A DNA stretch of 64,000 nucleotides from the NCBI RefSeq assembly GCF_006345805.1, contig NC_043006.1, positions 68,262,001 to 68,326,000 on the forward strand, read 5' to 3'. This document shows, one piece after another, positions 36,100 to 50,000 of this stretch. Under the pieces are notes generated by a model, which saw only the letters and a list, made by a program, of their open reading frames with translations, did not search any database and had not been told where the DNA came from. Position 1 is the first letter of the stretch. Every line of letters starts with the position of its first letter. The translations under genes and the position numbers were made by a program. This stretch comes from Octopus sinensis. Lineage: Eukaryota.

Positions 36100-36260
36100 C
36101 AGGAGTGGCTGTGTGGTAAGTAGCTTGTTTACCAACCACATGGTTCCGGGTTCAGTCCCATTGCATGGCACCTTAGGCAAGTGTCTTCTACTATAGCCTC
36201 GAGCTGACCAAAACCATGTGAGTGGATTTGTTAGATGGAAACGGAGAGAAACCTGTCATG
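36100..36260 (+). mobile_element. tRNA-derived SINE head/body
   Basis: aggagtggctgtgtggtaagtagcttg...ggttcagtccc...gcaagtgtcttctactatagcc. Confidence 0.85.
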
Positions 36261-36264
36261 TGTG

Positions 36265-36311
<47 letters not shown>

Positions 36312-37239
36312 TGTAAAAACCCATGTAATTTATGGAATTTTCTTTGCAAGAAACAAAAATAAATTTTCAGGGGCGCGTAAATTACATGAATAGATCATTT
36401 CCAGAATTGTTTTAGAAATTTTTTTGTTGAAAAATGACGTACAAATGTAAACATTCATACTAGAAGTTGGCTCATTTAATGTCAGAATAGGCTTTTACAG
36501 AAAAAATATAATGAAGTTGACTTTTATTTATGCTGGATGGTATAATGTTTACTTTTTCTGTATAAATTTATTAAAGTAGTTAACCATAAAATGGTTAACT
36601 ACTTTTTGAAGTTTGATATCTATACTGGTAATCATGGTCTGGGCCATATTTTATATTGCTTGGAGTTTTTACACAATGGAGCCCTTATATAGATCAATTT
36701 TTCTCCGCTTAAGAAGTCTAGCTTGCGTTTGCCTCCAGGAAGCTATTGCTTGCTTTCTCCACATTAGGACAATGAAATTCATCACTGCCGGCATTGCCAC
36801 TGACATCATCATAATTCATCTTTGCACATGTAAAATCACTAAATGAATATGACTTAGCGTTGCTAAAGAAACCTTCATTTACCTTATACGATGTTTAATA
36901 TCATTTCACATTCATGTTGAATTATGCAACAATCTTATGTTCTCTTCATAGAACACTTGTAATGTATGTATTACCAGTTCTTTTGGTATAGTAGATTTTT
37001 GCTATTCTTGTTTATGTCTCCTCACAGACATATATATTCTAACAAGTCACTTCTTAAATTTCGTGCCTCTCTTGTTCAATAAACACTGAGTTAAACTTGC
37101 AAAGCTGTTTATTTTCTCCTTTCAATTTTTAATGTTTATTTTAGTGGGTTACCAAACTATCAGTTTGGTCTCCTGGCTAAAACGGTAATTACAAATTTTT
37201 AAGTTTGCTTGACATTTTTATAAGTGTGAAAGGGATTAA

Positions 37240-38190
37240 AATTTCGATACTCCATACCAAAGGTTCTGAGGCAGAAAATCAGCGCTTGAGACAAGAAGAC
37301 ACTTTTGACTAATCAGAATTCTGTTTACATAATCAGTTTGATCAGTTAAGATCCTCTGTCGGTTGAGTGAGATTGTTGAATGGTCTCTGTTTTGACAATG
37401 CTCCACAGGACTTAAGTCTGGCATGTTTGCTGCTACATGATAAAGACTGTCTGACATCTATTCTTGGGTTTGTGGGCTTTGTGAAATGCTGGGTCTTGTT
37501 GAAAAATGTACAGCCTTCCACAACTTCAGTCATTGAGAGCTTAACAACTGCCTCTAGCATCTCAATATATCCAGTGGTATTAATTCTAAGAGCCTTTCTA
37601 AAAGCATCACAGTTGCTAAAAACAGAGTGCATCACTCTAAGGACATCAGAAGGATCTGCTCACAATCATCTGTAGTTTCTCCTGTAAGACTTTTGGTCTT
37701 GGTTGAAGTTTTTCTCATCAGAGAAGAACCAAAGCAATCCATGATGGTGAAAGCTTTTTACCTTGTTATGTAATCACTTGACATGGATCAAACAGTTTTC
37801 TTGCATCTTTGCAGTCATTAATTGGCCTCTTATCAGTATGTATGACTTGTATTGAATGCCATCATGCACCACAGTTTCAACAGGCTACTCTGACACTGAA
37901 AGTTCTTTGGCAATGGCCCTCATTGATTTTCCAGGATCAACATCGATAAGTTTTTGAAACCATTGGACGAATTGTGGTGTCCTTATAGTGTCCAACCGTT
38001 TACAATTTTATTTTTCACTTTGAGACAGTTGAAACATTTCTGCCAGGGGCTTCCAATTTAATGTACATAAGATCTTGCAAAATTTAGAAAGTTGGCAATT
38101 TCTGAATGACTGTGCTATTCACATGTGACAACAATGACCGGATGTCTTCTCATTTCTAGTGTTAGCATCTTATCTACCATGGGAGATCTG
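37240..38190 (-). mobile_element. Tc1/mariner (maT-like) transposase remnant
   Basis: Broken frames give DPGKSMRAIAKELSVSE, LWFFSDEKNF, FQQDPAFH and NMPDLSPVEH. Confidence 0.8.
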
Positions 38191-40829
38191 AAAGAAATAA
38201 AACGTTTTGATTAGCTTGAAGAGAGTAATATGCTAACAAGTGCCCTCAAATAGCCCTTACCTCCTTTGTGTGTGTCTTACTGCACTACTTGGAAACAACT
38301 TTAGGTTATACTCAAGTAACTGAATGAGAGTTATTAGCCATATCTAGACCTATAAAGCGCCTATATCAAGGCATCTACACCAAAATATCCATCTGTCTAA
38401 TCACTAAAATAATATAATTATCTCATCTTAAATTCTACTTTCTTTTGCAATCCTCCACTTCATCAGTTTCACATTTTTCTTCACCTCCGTCTATTTTACT
38501 TGATTCTGTACAAAGCTATATTTAATACACACACACAGGAATTTTGTGTAGTTCAGAAGTTTATTTTGCAATCACTTAGTTCAAGATTTGACCCCCTCCC
38601 CCAGTGCACAGGACCTTGATCAAGTATTTTGTACTTTGACTGCATGCTGACAAACGGCTTGTGAATAGAATATTTAGATGGAAACCGTACAAAAGCCTGT
38701 CGCATATCTGTGTGCATGTGTGTGTAATCAATGATCAACAAAAATGAATAAATAAAGCACTTGAAGGTTTTACTCCAGCATGGACATAGTCCAGTAATTG
38801 AAAAGAATAACAAAGAGTACATTTGTGCACCAAGTGGTCCCTTTTAAAGCTGAGGAAGTGGAGTTCTTCACCTCTTCCTTGCATGCAGAATTCTACTTAA
38901 TGTATAAGTCACACAACTCTATACTTGATTTTAATTGCAAAAACTGGGGTTGCAACTTATACATGGGGCAAAGCTAAAAGAATGAAAAGGAAAAAAAACC
39001 TTGTATCAAGATTTAATACTAAATTAGGGGTGTCTTAAGTAAATAGTCACTAAAATTTCAGAGTTGTCTCCCTTACCTGGAAAAAATGTTAATTAACCCT
39101 TTTGCTACGAAATTAAATTTCGTGTTTATTCTGGTAATGATGTTAAATACCTACCAAAAAAAAAATAGAATGGGAATTTTCTTCAAGCCATGTTGTCTCA
39201 ATAAACTTTCACATATCTCAAAAGCAAATAATTTCAAATATGACATTCCACAACAAAAAAATAGATTGATCATCATCATCATCATCGTTTAACGTCCGTT
39301 TTCCGCGCTAGCACGGGTTGGACGGTTTGACCGGGGTCTGGGAAGCCAGGTGCTGCTCCAGGCTCCAGTCTGATCTGGCAGAGTTTCTACGGCTGGATGC
39401 CCTTCCTAACGCCAACCACTCATATATATATAAAACTAGTTTCTGCAGTTAAGGGCAATGAAGTTTTGAGTGGATATATCTGATTTCTGTAGTAAAAGGC
39501 TTAACATTATTTTTGCTCACTACATTAATTACATTATCATTCACTTAATTATTTTATAAATGGATTGACTGAGATTAGCAAATTAATGGCAGAAGCAAGT
39601 TTTGAACTGCTGACATTGTTTTTAGTGGACCACAAGCACTATCTGAATCACAAATCTCCACACTTGCATACATTGTAAACAATGACTGACTCACACAAAC
39701 ACAAACATACACATTCTCATAATTCTTCTAGACATAACTACAAGAGAAAATAGATGTCATTGATGGGTGTGGAGACAACAATTGATAGTGAAGCAGATGA
39801 GCAGTAGATGAAGGCAATGAATGTGGAAATGATAATGATGATGCTTAAGGTGATGGTAGTGGAGGTAGTGGTGGTGATGATGATGAAGGTGGTGATGTTA
39901 GTGATGATGATGATAATAGTGATGATGGTAAGTTTCTGACTTTGGCACAAGGCCAGCAATTTCAAGTGGTTGGAGTTCATTGATTAAACTCTATCACTTG
40001 ACAGGTACCTTATTTCATTGACCCTAAAAGGAAGAAAGCAAACTTGACCATGACAGGATTTGAACTCAGAATGTAAAGAGTCAGAACAAAATCCACAAGG
40101 TATTTTTTCCGACTCTATTCTGCCAGCTTCAAGACAATGAATTACAAATGTGAAAGCAAGAAGACAAATTTTAGAAGCAGAAGTTGTAAGAAAGAAAAAA
40201 AAAAACAACAAAAAAACAAAACAAAAAAAACCCAGACAAATATTATTATTATAATTATTATTATTATATTGCATTTTTTTTTTTGGTTTGCTTTGTTGGC
40301 AGAAATGTTTCAGAAATATACAATATTTTCTTCCCATTCATGCTCTCCTGACAATCTCACAAACTCCCATTGACAGAGACCCATCTGCTTTTTTTCTTTT
40401 TGTTTTTCTTTTTAGTTCTATAAAAAGTCATCAGCCCCAAAATTGGTTTTATACATGCGTAGGTTTTTGGAGTTTTCTCGTGGAAGTGGGGGAGACATGG
40501 AAAGGGCTCTGAAATATTTTTTCAAAGGAACAAATATATATATACCTTTCTCAATTATTTTAGGGCTATTAATGTATATATATGGGAATGGGATGAATCA
40601 GTGCAGGATATATACACTTTTGTAGGTATGTAAAATATGTGTGGATGCTTGTGTATGTATGTATATAATTATTTACTCATTTGAAGAGTAGAAATTTGTA
40701 TTTTTAAATTAAAAAAGGACAACTTGCCCATTAATAGTCATCAATGCACTCTGTATGCATATAAGGGTGGGTGGGGACAGAGTCTTCTGCTGGCTCATAA
40801 TGGTTCACTTTATAATTACAATGCCAGCC

Positions 40830-42904
40830 TTATTTCCTTAAAGTTTGCTCAATAGCTGGTTGAGCAGAGAAAGACGAATCTGATGAACCGGTCTGAAGAC
40901 TGTAGGCCTGTAACCAGGCCAGTGGAGAATAGTCATGAACCTCTTTGATTTTAGGGGTGGGTTGAAATGCTTCTTTTAAAATAGCACGACTGGGGTCATC
41001 CTTGCGCTGTAATAGCAATACCAGTGCGTTATAATGTTCACTACCCCCAACCGTGTGTCGTCGCTTGCCTCGTACTTTCCTCCTCGCTAAAGGGGGTGGG
41101 GAATTGGATCGAGGTTTCGCAGCTGTGTTCACTTTGGCCATTACTGTAGACCGTGGTGTCCACAACTGTTGACCACTAGCGGAATCTCTAAAGTTTTTTC
41201 GTGTATTTTCAGATCTGTAGCCACCATTGAAACAGTTATTTTTGTTACAAGATGACTTTAAGTTTTTTTTTGAATGGCAATCTTTTGGAGGTGAAGAACT
41301 TGCTGAAGGGGACAAAGAATATATTTTACCTAAATTAGAAAGTTTAGAGTCTATATACTCAGTACAAAGTCCACCACCATTGCTACGTCGTTGGACCAGT
41401 TCCGAAGATGATGCTAAATGACTGGCAGCTATTGGTGCAGCACCATGCGTTATTATTGCCCGCTCACCCAAAACATGTGCAGTCGGACTGGAGTTACTGC
41501 GTGTGAAACGAGAAGCAATACCTATTTTTGTCTCTGGTTTCTGAGAACGATGTAAACTGGGGTCACGGAAACTATCAAAGACATCTGTATTCTTTTTTGC
41601 CTGTCTACTATATGCCAAACCAAGGTTCAACATACGTGTACTCTCGGCCTGGGCCAACTCAAGACTCTCACTGGTACAGTCATAAACATTGCTGTTCGAA
41701 GGGACAATTTCATTGTTTTTCATAGCTGAATACGGTGACACACCTATGTTAGATGGAGGCCGTGGTCTGGAACTACCATTTAATTTATATTTAGGATTTA
41801 ATAGGATCTGCAGTTTCTGATCAAACGTTGAGGTTAAGCTTGTTAATAGGTCAGAACCATCTTCAGAATCAGTTGAAGCCCAGGACAAACGATTCTCTTT
41901 CTTATCATAAAAGTCTATCATTGAATCTAGAGAACCTCTCCGTAAGCTATTTCTCCGTGTAAGGCCCAAGTCAGAATCATTTTGTGGACTTAGCTCTCTG
42001 TCTTGTGTCTTACGAGCAACTATTGACAATGGAGATGGCCAAACTTGACCCGTGTCAATAATTGTCTCAAGAGAATTTGACCTCTTTGCATTATCAAATC
42101 CTGTATTGAGGTATGATGTTCTGTCAGAGATCTTGCTGTTTCCAACACTAACAAAATACTTTCCACCACTAACTGGTTCAATTGCTTTAGAAGTTGACCA
42201 GCTCTTGCCCTGTAATTGATAAGAGTCTAATGAATCATAAGGCTTGGCATACACAGCATTGTAAGGGTAGTTAGTAGAGTACCATATCTTTCTTGGATTT
42301 AATAATTCTTCAAGACTATGTTTATCTTCCAACTCCATCTCATGCTTAGTACGCAGATATTCCTGGTCAAATTTCTTTGACTCTTTTTCTCTCACTTCAC
42401 ATTCTCTTTTATGTTGTTCCTGAACTTTCTTGAGAAATTCCTGTTTACTCTGAAGATTTGATTCGAGGCTGTGGCTGAAAGTTTTCTGGAGACCATATGA
42501 GAATTCCAGTTCATCACTTTTCTCCAATAGGGATTCGTCTGAGAACTGACGAGCAAGATGAGGGTTTGAAGACTTGGAGAACACTTCAGAATCAGTGTAA
42601 TCATCGAAGCCTATAGACAAGGAAGACACAGATGCCTTATGTTCACTGGTGAGACGACTACTGTAAGAAATAGTATCCAGTTGGCTTTGAGAACCATCAG
42701 ACTGTAGTTCCATTGAGTTAGCCAGAGCTTTGTTAGAATGAAATTTAGCAATCTCTGCATCAATATTGCGTTCTTCATATTTGGGACCAGGTGGTGTTGA
42801 ATCTGTTTCATCAAGACCTTTGGTTTTCTTGATACGATTCTTATTCTTGGCAGCAGCAATCATATCAGCAACTATTTCCAACGGATTTGTTTCTTCAGAT
42901 TCAT
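40830..42904 (-). CDS. ARHGAP21: ARHGAP21/23-like terminal exon (long low-complexity C-terminus, stop at 40830)
   Basis: Acceptor tttcag at phase 1 (G|AT GAA), about 690 open codons, motifs RRGSLDS and RRHTVGG. Confidence 0.85.
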
Positions 42905-44634
42905 CTGAAATGACAAAAATATATTTTGTAAACATATAAAACGAACATAATTACATAGGCACAAGGTTATACATCTGAAGGGAGGGGCTGCAATCAATTA
43001 TATCTGCTACAGGGAGTGGAAAGATAAAGAAAATAGTGTTACTTTGGCATGTGATCCACAACTTAAAGGGAGATTACTTTAGGTTACTTTTTAGTTTATT
43101 TTTCAATTTCTAAAAACACTTAAGATGTTGGCTCAAGATTTTTTACAATAAATTCTTTTGTACATTCTTAGCATTGTAAATGTATTTTTTCAGAATTCTT
43201 ACTATTTTAATAATCAAACCATATTTCATTTATGTCTTAGTAAATAATTAATAAAAAAACAAAACAAGAAAAACAATATAATAATTAAGATAAGCTTGTA
43301 GCTCACAGTTTGGTAGCTGTGAATTTTACAACGTAAAGAAACAGAAAAATTAACCTAAAGTAATCACCCTTGAAGTTGTAGATTGCACACCAAAGTAGCA
43401 CCAAGAAAATCTTGGCAGAATTCAGACCCAGAATGTAAGGGTATAATTTAATGCTCTACAAGTCAACAATTTACTGTTTCTGCAAGAAATAATCTTCACC
43501 CCATCCTCTCTTACACTTTAACAAAAACAACGATAATAATATAGGCAAAAGGCCTCAAATTTAGAGGGGAAAGAATAAGATTTTAAACAATCAACCCCAG
43601 TACTTCACTTATACTTAATTTTATCACTTTCAGAAGGATGGAAGGAAAAGTTAACTTTGACAGGATTTGAACTCAGAATCTAATAAGGAGCTGGAAGAAG
43701 TATAGCAGAGTGTTTTTCTGATACTCTAACAATTCTGCTGGCAATACTAATAAAAATCCTTTCCATTATAGGCACCAGGTACAGACATTTTTTTTGATAG
43801 TAGGGCTAGTCAATTACATCAACCCTGGTGCAGAACTGGCACTTATTTCAATGACCTCAAAAAGATAAAAGGCAAAGTTGACCTCAGAGGAATTTGAACT
43901 CAGCTGCTAACAATTCTGCCAGCTCACCATCTTGATATGTAATATTAGAATAACAAAGTCTGAGAAAGGGCAAGAATAATTGATTTCATTTGGCCCTAAG
44001 ACATAATAGGTATTTATTGAATGAAGCCCCCTTCCACCGCCCAGAAGGAGTGTGTGGGTAAAAGGCAAAATTTGTTGAAACAAGGTTATTTTAAAAATAA
44101 TTCAGTTTTATCTATTAATATTTAAATGTGAAATTATGAATGCTAATGTTAGATATGTGATGTATCAGTAAAATTGCTAATTTGCTGGTAATGAAAGAAA
44201 GCTGACTGAATATCCAGAAAAAGAGGGTGACCAAACCTGTGAAAAGGGAAATCCAAAATAAGGGAAATATCTATCGCTTGTGTATGTATGTGTTAGTAAA
44301 CCTGTGTATGAGTGTGTGTGATCACTTACCAAGATCATCATCAGGAGTGGATGCTTGTGCCATAGGACTGACCGTTCCTGTAGGAACCTCAGCAGCTCCA
44401 TTCTCATCCACAGGAACATGATTGTCGACATCCCATGAACTGAAGAACCAATCGGGCTGAAAACATCAAATAAAAAAAAAAACTGTACATGTATGTATAT
44501 GTGTGTGTATATATATATAGAACAATATTTAAATTTCTCTCATGAAGGATTAGTGTTCTAAATATCAAAACTCTTTCTCTTTCTTTTAAACATTAAGCTT
44601 ATACAAACATGGTGTTTTCTTTTTTGTTCATTGC

Positions 44635-44706
<72 letters not shown>

Positions 44707-45089
44707 TAGATAGATATATTTGAGCATGTGTGTGTATGCATATGTATGGGTTTGTTTGAGGTATATATGCATACATATTCACATACACATGAATATATGT
44801 CTGTATAGAATGTATGAAAGTAGTCATATGTGGATGAATGGAATTATATACAAAAATTACCTACATGGAATGTGTATGTGTATATATAAATGAGTCGTGT
44901 GTGAGTATGCATATATAAATACACACACATTTACATACATGTGCATGTCAGTATGAGTTATACACACACACTGTATTCATATGTGTGTATGAATAAATAT
45001 ATATATGTATGTATATGTGTGTGGTGTATGTATGTATATATATATAGCTAATATGTAGATATATGTATATATGTGTGTATGCATGTGTG

Positions 45090-45153
<64 letters not shown>

Positions 45154-46974
45154 TGAGTGAGAGAGAATTATAATTTTAACAGCTCATCTTAGGTATTACA
45201 ATGAACAAATAATAAAATATGAGAAAGAGCTAGACTGGCAATGATAGGTTAATAGAACAGACACTATGCTATAACAAGGTTAACATGACAGATATCAACC
45301 CATAAGATAAATAACATGAAAGCCATCAAGTTAAAAGAAGGTTGTCAGATCAGACATTCAATATTCAGAATAGTAAAAAGTTCACACAATAGACATTTTG
45401 AATTCAGGGGCTAAGAATGAAACAGCAGGGTTTGATGTTGGTAGAAGTTATTAAAGAATATATTACTTACATGAAGAATGACACTTTCAATAATACGACA
45501 TTGATGAGACATGTCAATGGCCATTGCTTGTACGTCTTCATCATGGCGGCGCACTAAAGTTGGACCAAGAACTATGGCCAGGTTTCGGGCACACATCTGA
45601 AACAGGAATATATATAGTAGAGATATATGAACATACACACACAGACACACATGCTTACAACACTTATAGTCACATCACCAGGATAATGTCTATACTTACA
45701 GTCACACTAATAGAACAATATAATTAGTTACACCAATAGACGATGTCTATAGTTAGTCATGCCAATAGACAAGGTCTATATTTACAGTCACACCAACAGG
45801 GCAATGTCTATACTTGGAGTCACAACACTTGGAGGCTGTCCTTACCTTGTTGATATAGCTGTGGTCAGCTACTTTGCGTAAATGAAGCGCCAAATGACGA
45901 AATGTTTCAAAGTGGACATCTGGCAACTGATGAATAACCTTCTTCAATGTCAGCATCCTTTTCTGTGGATTTTCTATCTGGTTAGCAGTGATAAAGCTCT
46001 GGTATAACTCTGTAACAAATGATGATATAGTGGTATGCATAAGCTGCAGATAATGGAGTGACATACATTAAGATGATGACATAATAGAAGCGTACATGAT
46101 GTACCCTGTGCTGTGTACAATGTAATTACAGTAGAATGTTATACTGTGAATGGAAGGCACATGGCTTAGTGGTTAGGCGATTCAGCTTACAATCACAAGG
46201 TTGTAAGTTTGATTCCCAGTGGCACTTGTGTCCTTGGGCAAGGCACTTTATTTCTCATTGCTCCAGTTCACTCAGCTGGCAAAAATGAGTTGTATCTGCA
46301 GTTTAAAGGGCCAGCCTTGTCACATTCTGTGTCATGCTGAATCTCCCCAACTACATTAAGGGTACACATGTCTGTGGAGTGCTCAACCACTTGCACATCA
46401 ATTTCATGATCATGTTGTTCCATTGATTGAATTAACTGGAACACCTCATAACCAAAGGAAAGCCAGGACATACTGTGGAGGTGTACAGTGTCTGTGAGGT
46501 CAGCTCATATCAGCCTGAGGTGGATAATATTTCTATACCTGGGGCTTAAACTCCAATGGTGGACACAATAAATATACTCAGTCTGGTAAATTTCAGTTCA
46601 GCAAAGGAGACTTGTAAAGACTCTACCTCTCTTTCTCTGTGTCTTTCTCTCCCCTTCTCATGTTACATTAAATAAATAGTTAGTGGTAGGAATAACATTA
46701 ACTTGTAAAATACCCAGCCATCATCTAAATTAAACACTGTAGTCTAAAAACATCAAAATGCTTCAAAAGATTCTTCAAAGGGTGCACTGATGCTGTGTTT
46801 AGTGGTATTGAGATCAATAAAAGATTGCTGTTCTGTGAACATCTACAACCTTTAACTTGATTATGAAAATGATGTGTGAGGTATTTTACAATGTCTAGAG
46901 ATAGATGCAATATGTGTGTGTATGTGTATTTGCACATACATATATATACAGAGTGATTTGGAAATCATTCAGTA

Positions 46975-47032
<58 letters not shown>

Positions 47033-50000
47033 AATCTAAAGACTCTACAGTTTCCCAAATGTGCAACCAATTTCTAAGACTGAGGTATAAAATAAGGTGA
47101 ATATAATCTACTGGATGTATGATATTAGACTAAAAGAAAAAACTGGGTATAAGTGTTTGATTTGGTTTTCTGAAAAGAGTAATAGTTTAATAAAGAAGTA
47201 GCAAGTGATTTCAGAAGAGGGAACCTACAAAAAAACACACATATATAGCAATGCTTACTCACCATTGGTAACTAATGGTTCTGGAAGTTTCTGGAAGAAA
47301 GACTTTAACAAACTACTGATTACATTCACATCTTGCCATTTTTCGTTTTCTTGGTTGATGTATTCTAGACCCTGTAGTGAAGAAGAGATAACAAATAACA
47401 GTGAGGTGAGGATTTATTGTGGCCCTTTACAGAAGCAGACAGGCTCTGTTGGGTACAAGATGGGGTGTCAACATTTGCAAAATGAATAATGAATTCTGTT
47501 GTTAAGAAAGGGCCACAATGTTGGATTATAGTAGAAGGTTAAAAAAGGTAGATCAAATAAAAAGGACACAAAAATTTACAAAAACAATGATATATCAACA
47601 TGACCTCAGGTTATGGGGAGAAACCATCACCCAGGGTAATTTGTAGTACTCCACACAAAACTCAACATGTCAAAGGCAATAATTATAATAATGGTAATAG
47701 TAATAATAATCTTTTCCACTATAGGCACAAAGTCTGAAATTTTTGGGGTAGGGGGTAAATCACGTCAACTGGTACTTATTTTATTTGAAATGACAAAAGG
47801 CAAAGATGACCTTGCAGGAATTTGAACTCATAATGTAAGGTTGGAAGAAATGCCACAAAGCATTTTGTCAAGCATGCTAACAATTCTCACAGCTCTCTGC
47901 TGTAATAAGGGTTTCGAATTTTAGCACAAGGCTAGCAATTTTGGGGGAGGGAGTAACTCAATTACATCGACTGGTACTTTATTTTATTGACCCTGAGTTC
48001 AAATGCCACCCAGGAATCACTTGAGCTGTTAGAAATAGCAGTCAGCTCTCCCACTATCCTACTCTACCATGTTAAAGATGCTACATTTGAGCAATGTTGT
48101 TTCTTATATATAACAGGATGGATGGTCATAATTAGAATCACTTTCATCACAGGTCTCTAAAATCAGGGCTGATCTGGAATTATGTGACAACAAATGCATG
48201 TGTGTGTGTGTTAGTAAAAAGTACAAACCTTGTTGAATTCCTCTTGCATGTTAGAAATAACCAACTTGTTGCCAGGAATTCTGTAAACACCAATAACCTT
48301 CAGTCCTCGTGTTTCAACAATACTGGTGCAGAGATCAATAACGAAGGGGATAGACTAGGGAGGAGAAAAACAGAAAAAAAGGGGGTCAATACTGAAGTAA
48401 TAGAGGACAGTATAGAAAAGAGAGAAAACAAAAATGGATTTGGTGAAACTAAAACTTTATAATTTGAACATTTCTTAAATGTATTTTGGTAACATTTAAT
48501 AATTTAACCCTTTTGTATTCAGAATAATTACTCAGTCAAATTATAATATAATACTTTTTTATTCACATTATTTTGAATTAATTATGCATTATCTTATAGC
48601 TTTGAGATTTTGATTATGTGATTGCATTTTTTAGAATGACATTGTAGGCTAGATGTGAGAGGCTGGATCTAGCTGGTATAAACATAAAAAAATTGTCCAG
48701 ATATGGCTAGGTTAAATGCTAAAAGGTTAAGTTAGAAATGTGATAGTAGTGGTAGTAGTGATGGTGTATGTAGTGGCGATGGAGGTGGTGATTGTGGTGG
48801 TGATGATGATAGCGATGGTGGCAGTAGTTGTGGTAATATATTATGAAGGTAATATGATGATAGTTTTGTGATGATGGTCTTGCGATATGATTAAAGAAAA
48901 CAAACTCTAAAAACAAGTGTCTACTCACTTCCTTATAGGGAGAAGGGGTACACAGCTCGAGATGGACTCCAAAAGAACCAGTTGCTTCTTCAGGGGCCGG
49001 TGGTTGGCTATTTCCCTTGTTTTTAAAACGAATCTTTTCTTTCCAACTCTTTGACTTTGTACCATCTTCTGAAAAATACAGCACCATGTAGACAGGGGAA
49101 ACAAGAATTTATTGATAACATTAGTGCACACAAAAACTATTTGTAGCTGATCAATACAAGTACTGAGTCTATTCTCCACCAACAATAAATTGAACAACTA
49201 GATATCATATGGGGGGAATGTCCCATAGAATTAATCTCAAATTTTGGCACAAGATCAGCAATTTGGTGGGAGTGAGGGTAAGTTGAATACATTGACACCA
49301 GTGCTCAGCTGGTACTTATTTTATCGACCCCAAAAGAATGAAAGACAAAACTGACTTTGGTGGAATTTGAACTCAGAACATCAAGACAAACAAAAAGTCA
49401 CGAAGCATTTTGCCTGGCACACTAATGATTCCACAAGCTCACCACCTTAATGCCCTGTAACAGTGAAGACCTAGTTAGAAGAGATTTCAAATCATTCTAG
49501 AAATGTTAAAAGTCTGAAGGAAAATAAAGTTTTTAACCTTTAAGCATTCAGATTATTCAATCAAACGTAATGCTTATTTATTCACATTGTTTTGAATTAA
49601 TCATGCATTATCTCATAACTTCAAGATTTTGATCAGATGATGTGATTGTATATATTTTTAGAATGACATTGTAAAACAGGTGTAAAAGGCTGGATCTGGA
49701 TAGTTTAAACAAAACTGGTAGAATATTTGAGCCAGATATGGCTGATTAAAATGTTAAAGGGTCAAAGAGTAAACACCATCTTTTACAATATTTGGTTTGA
49801 TTCATTTTGTGTTTGATTGTTGGATACCAGGTTGGTTATGTTTATCAGTGAAGGACAGAATTGAACTAATTAACCTTTGTTTCATGGAGGATTCATTGTA
49901 AAGATAAAGCTGTCCTTCAACTGCTGCTGATTACAACTCAACTCAAATGTAGGTAAATAACAACAATTTAGTTATTGTTTAGACTCAGACCAATCCTAAT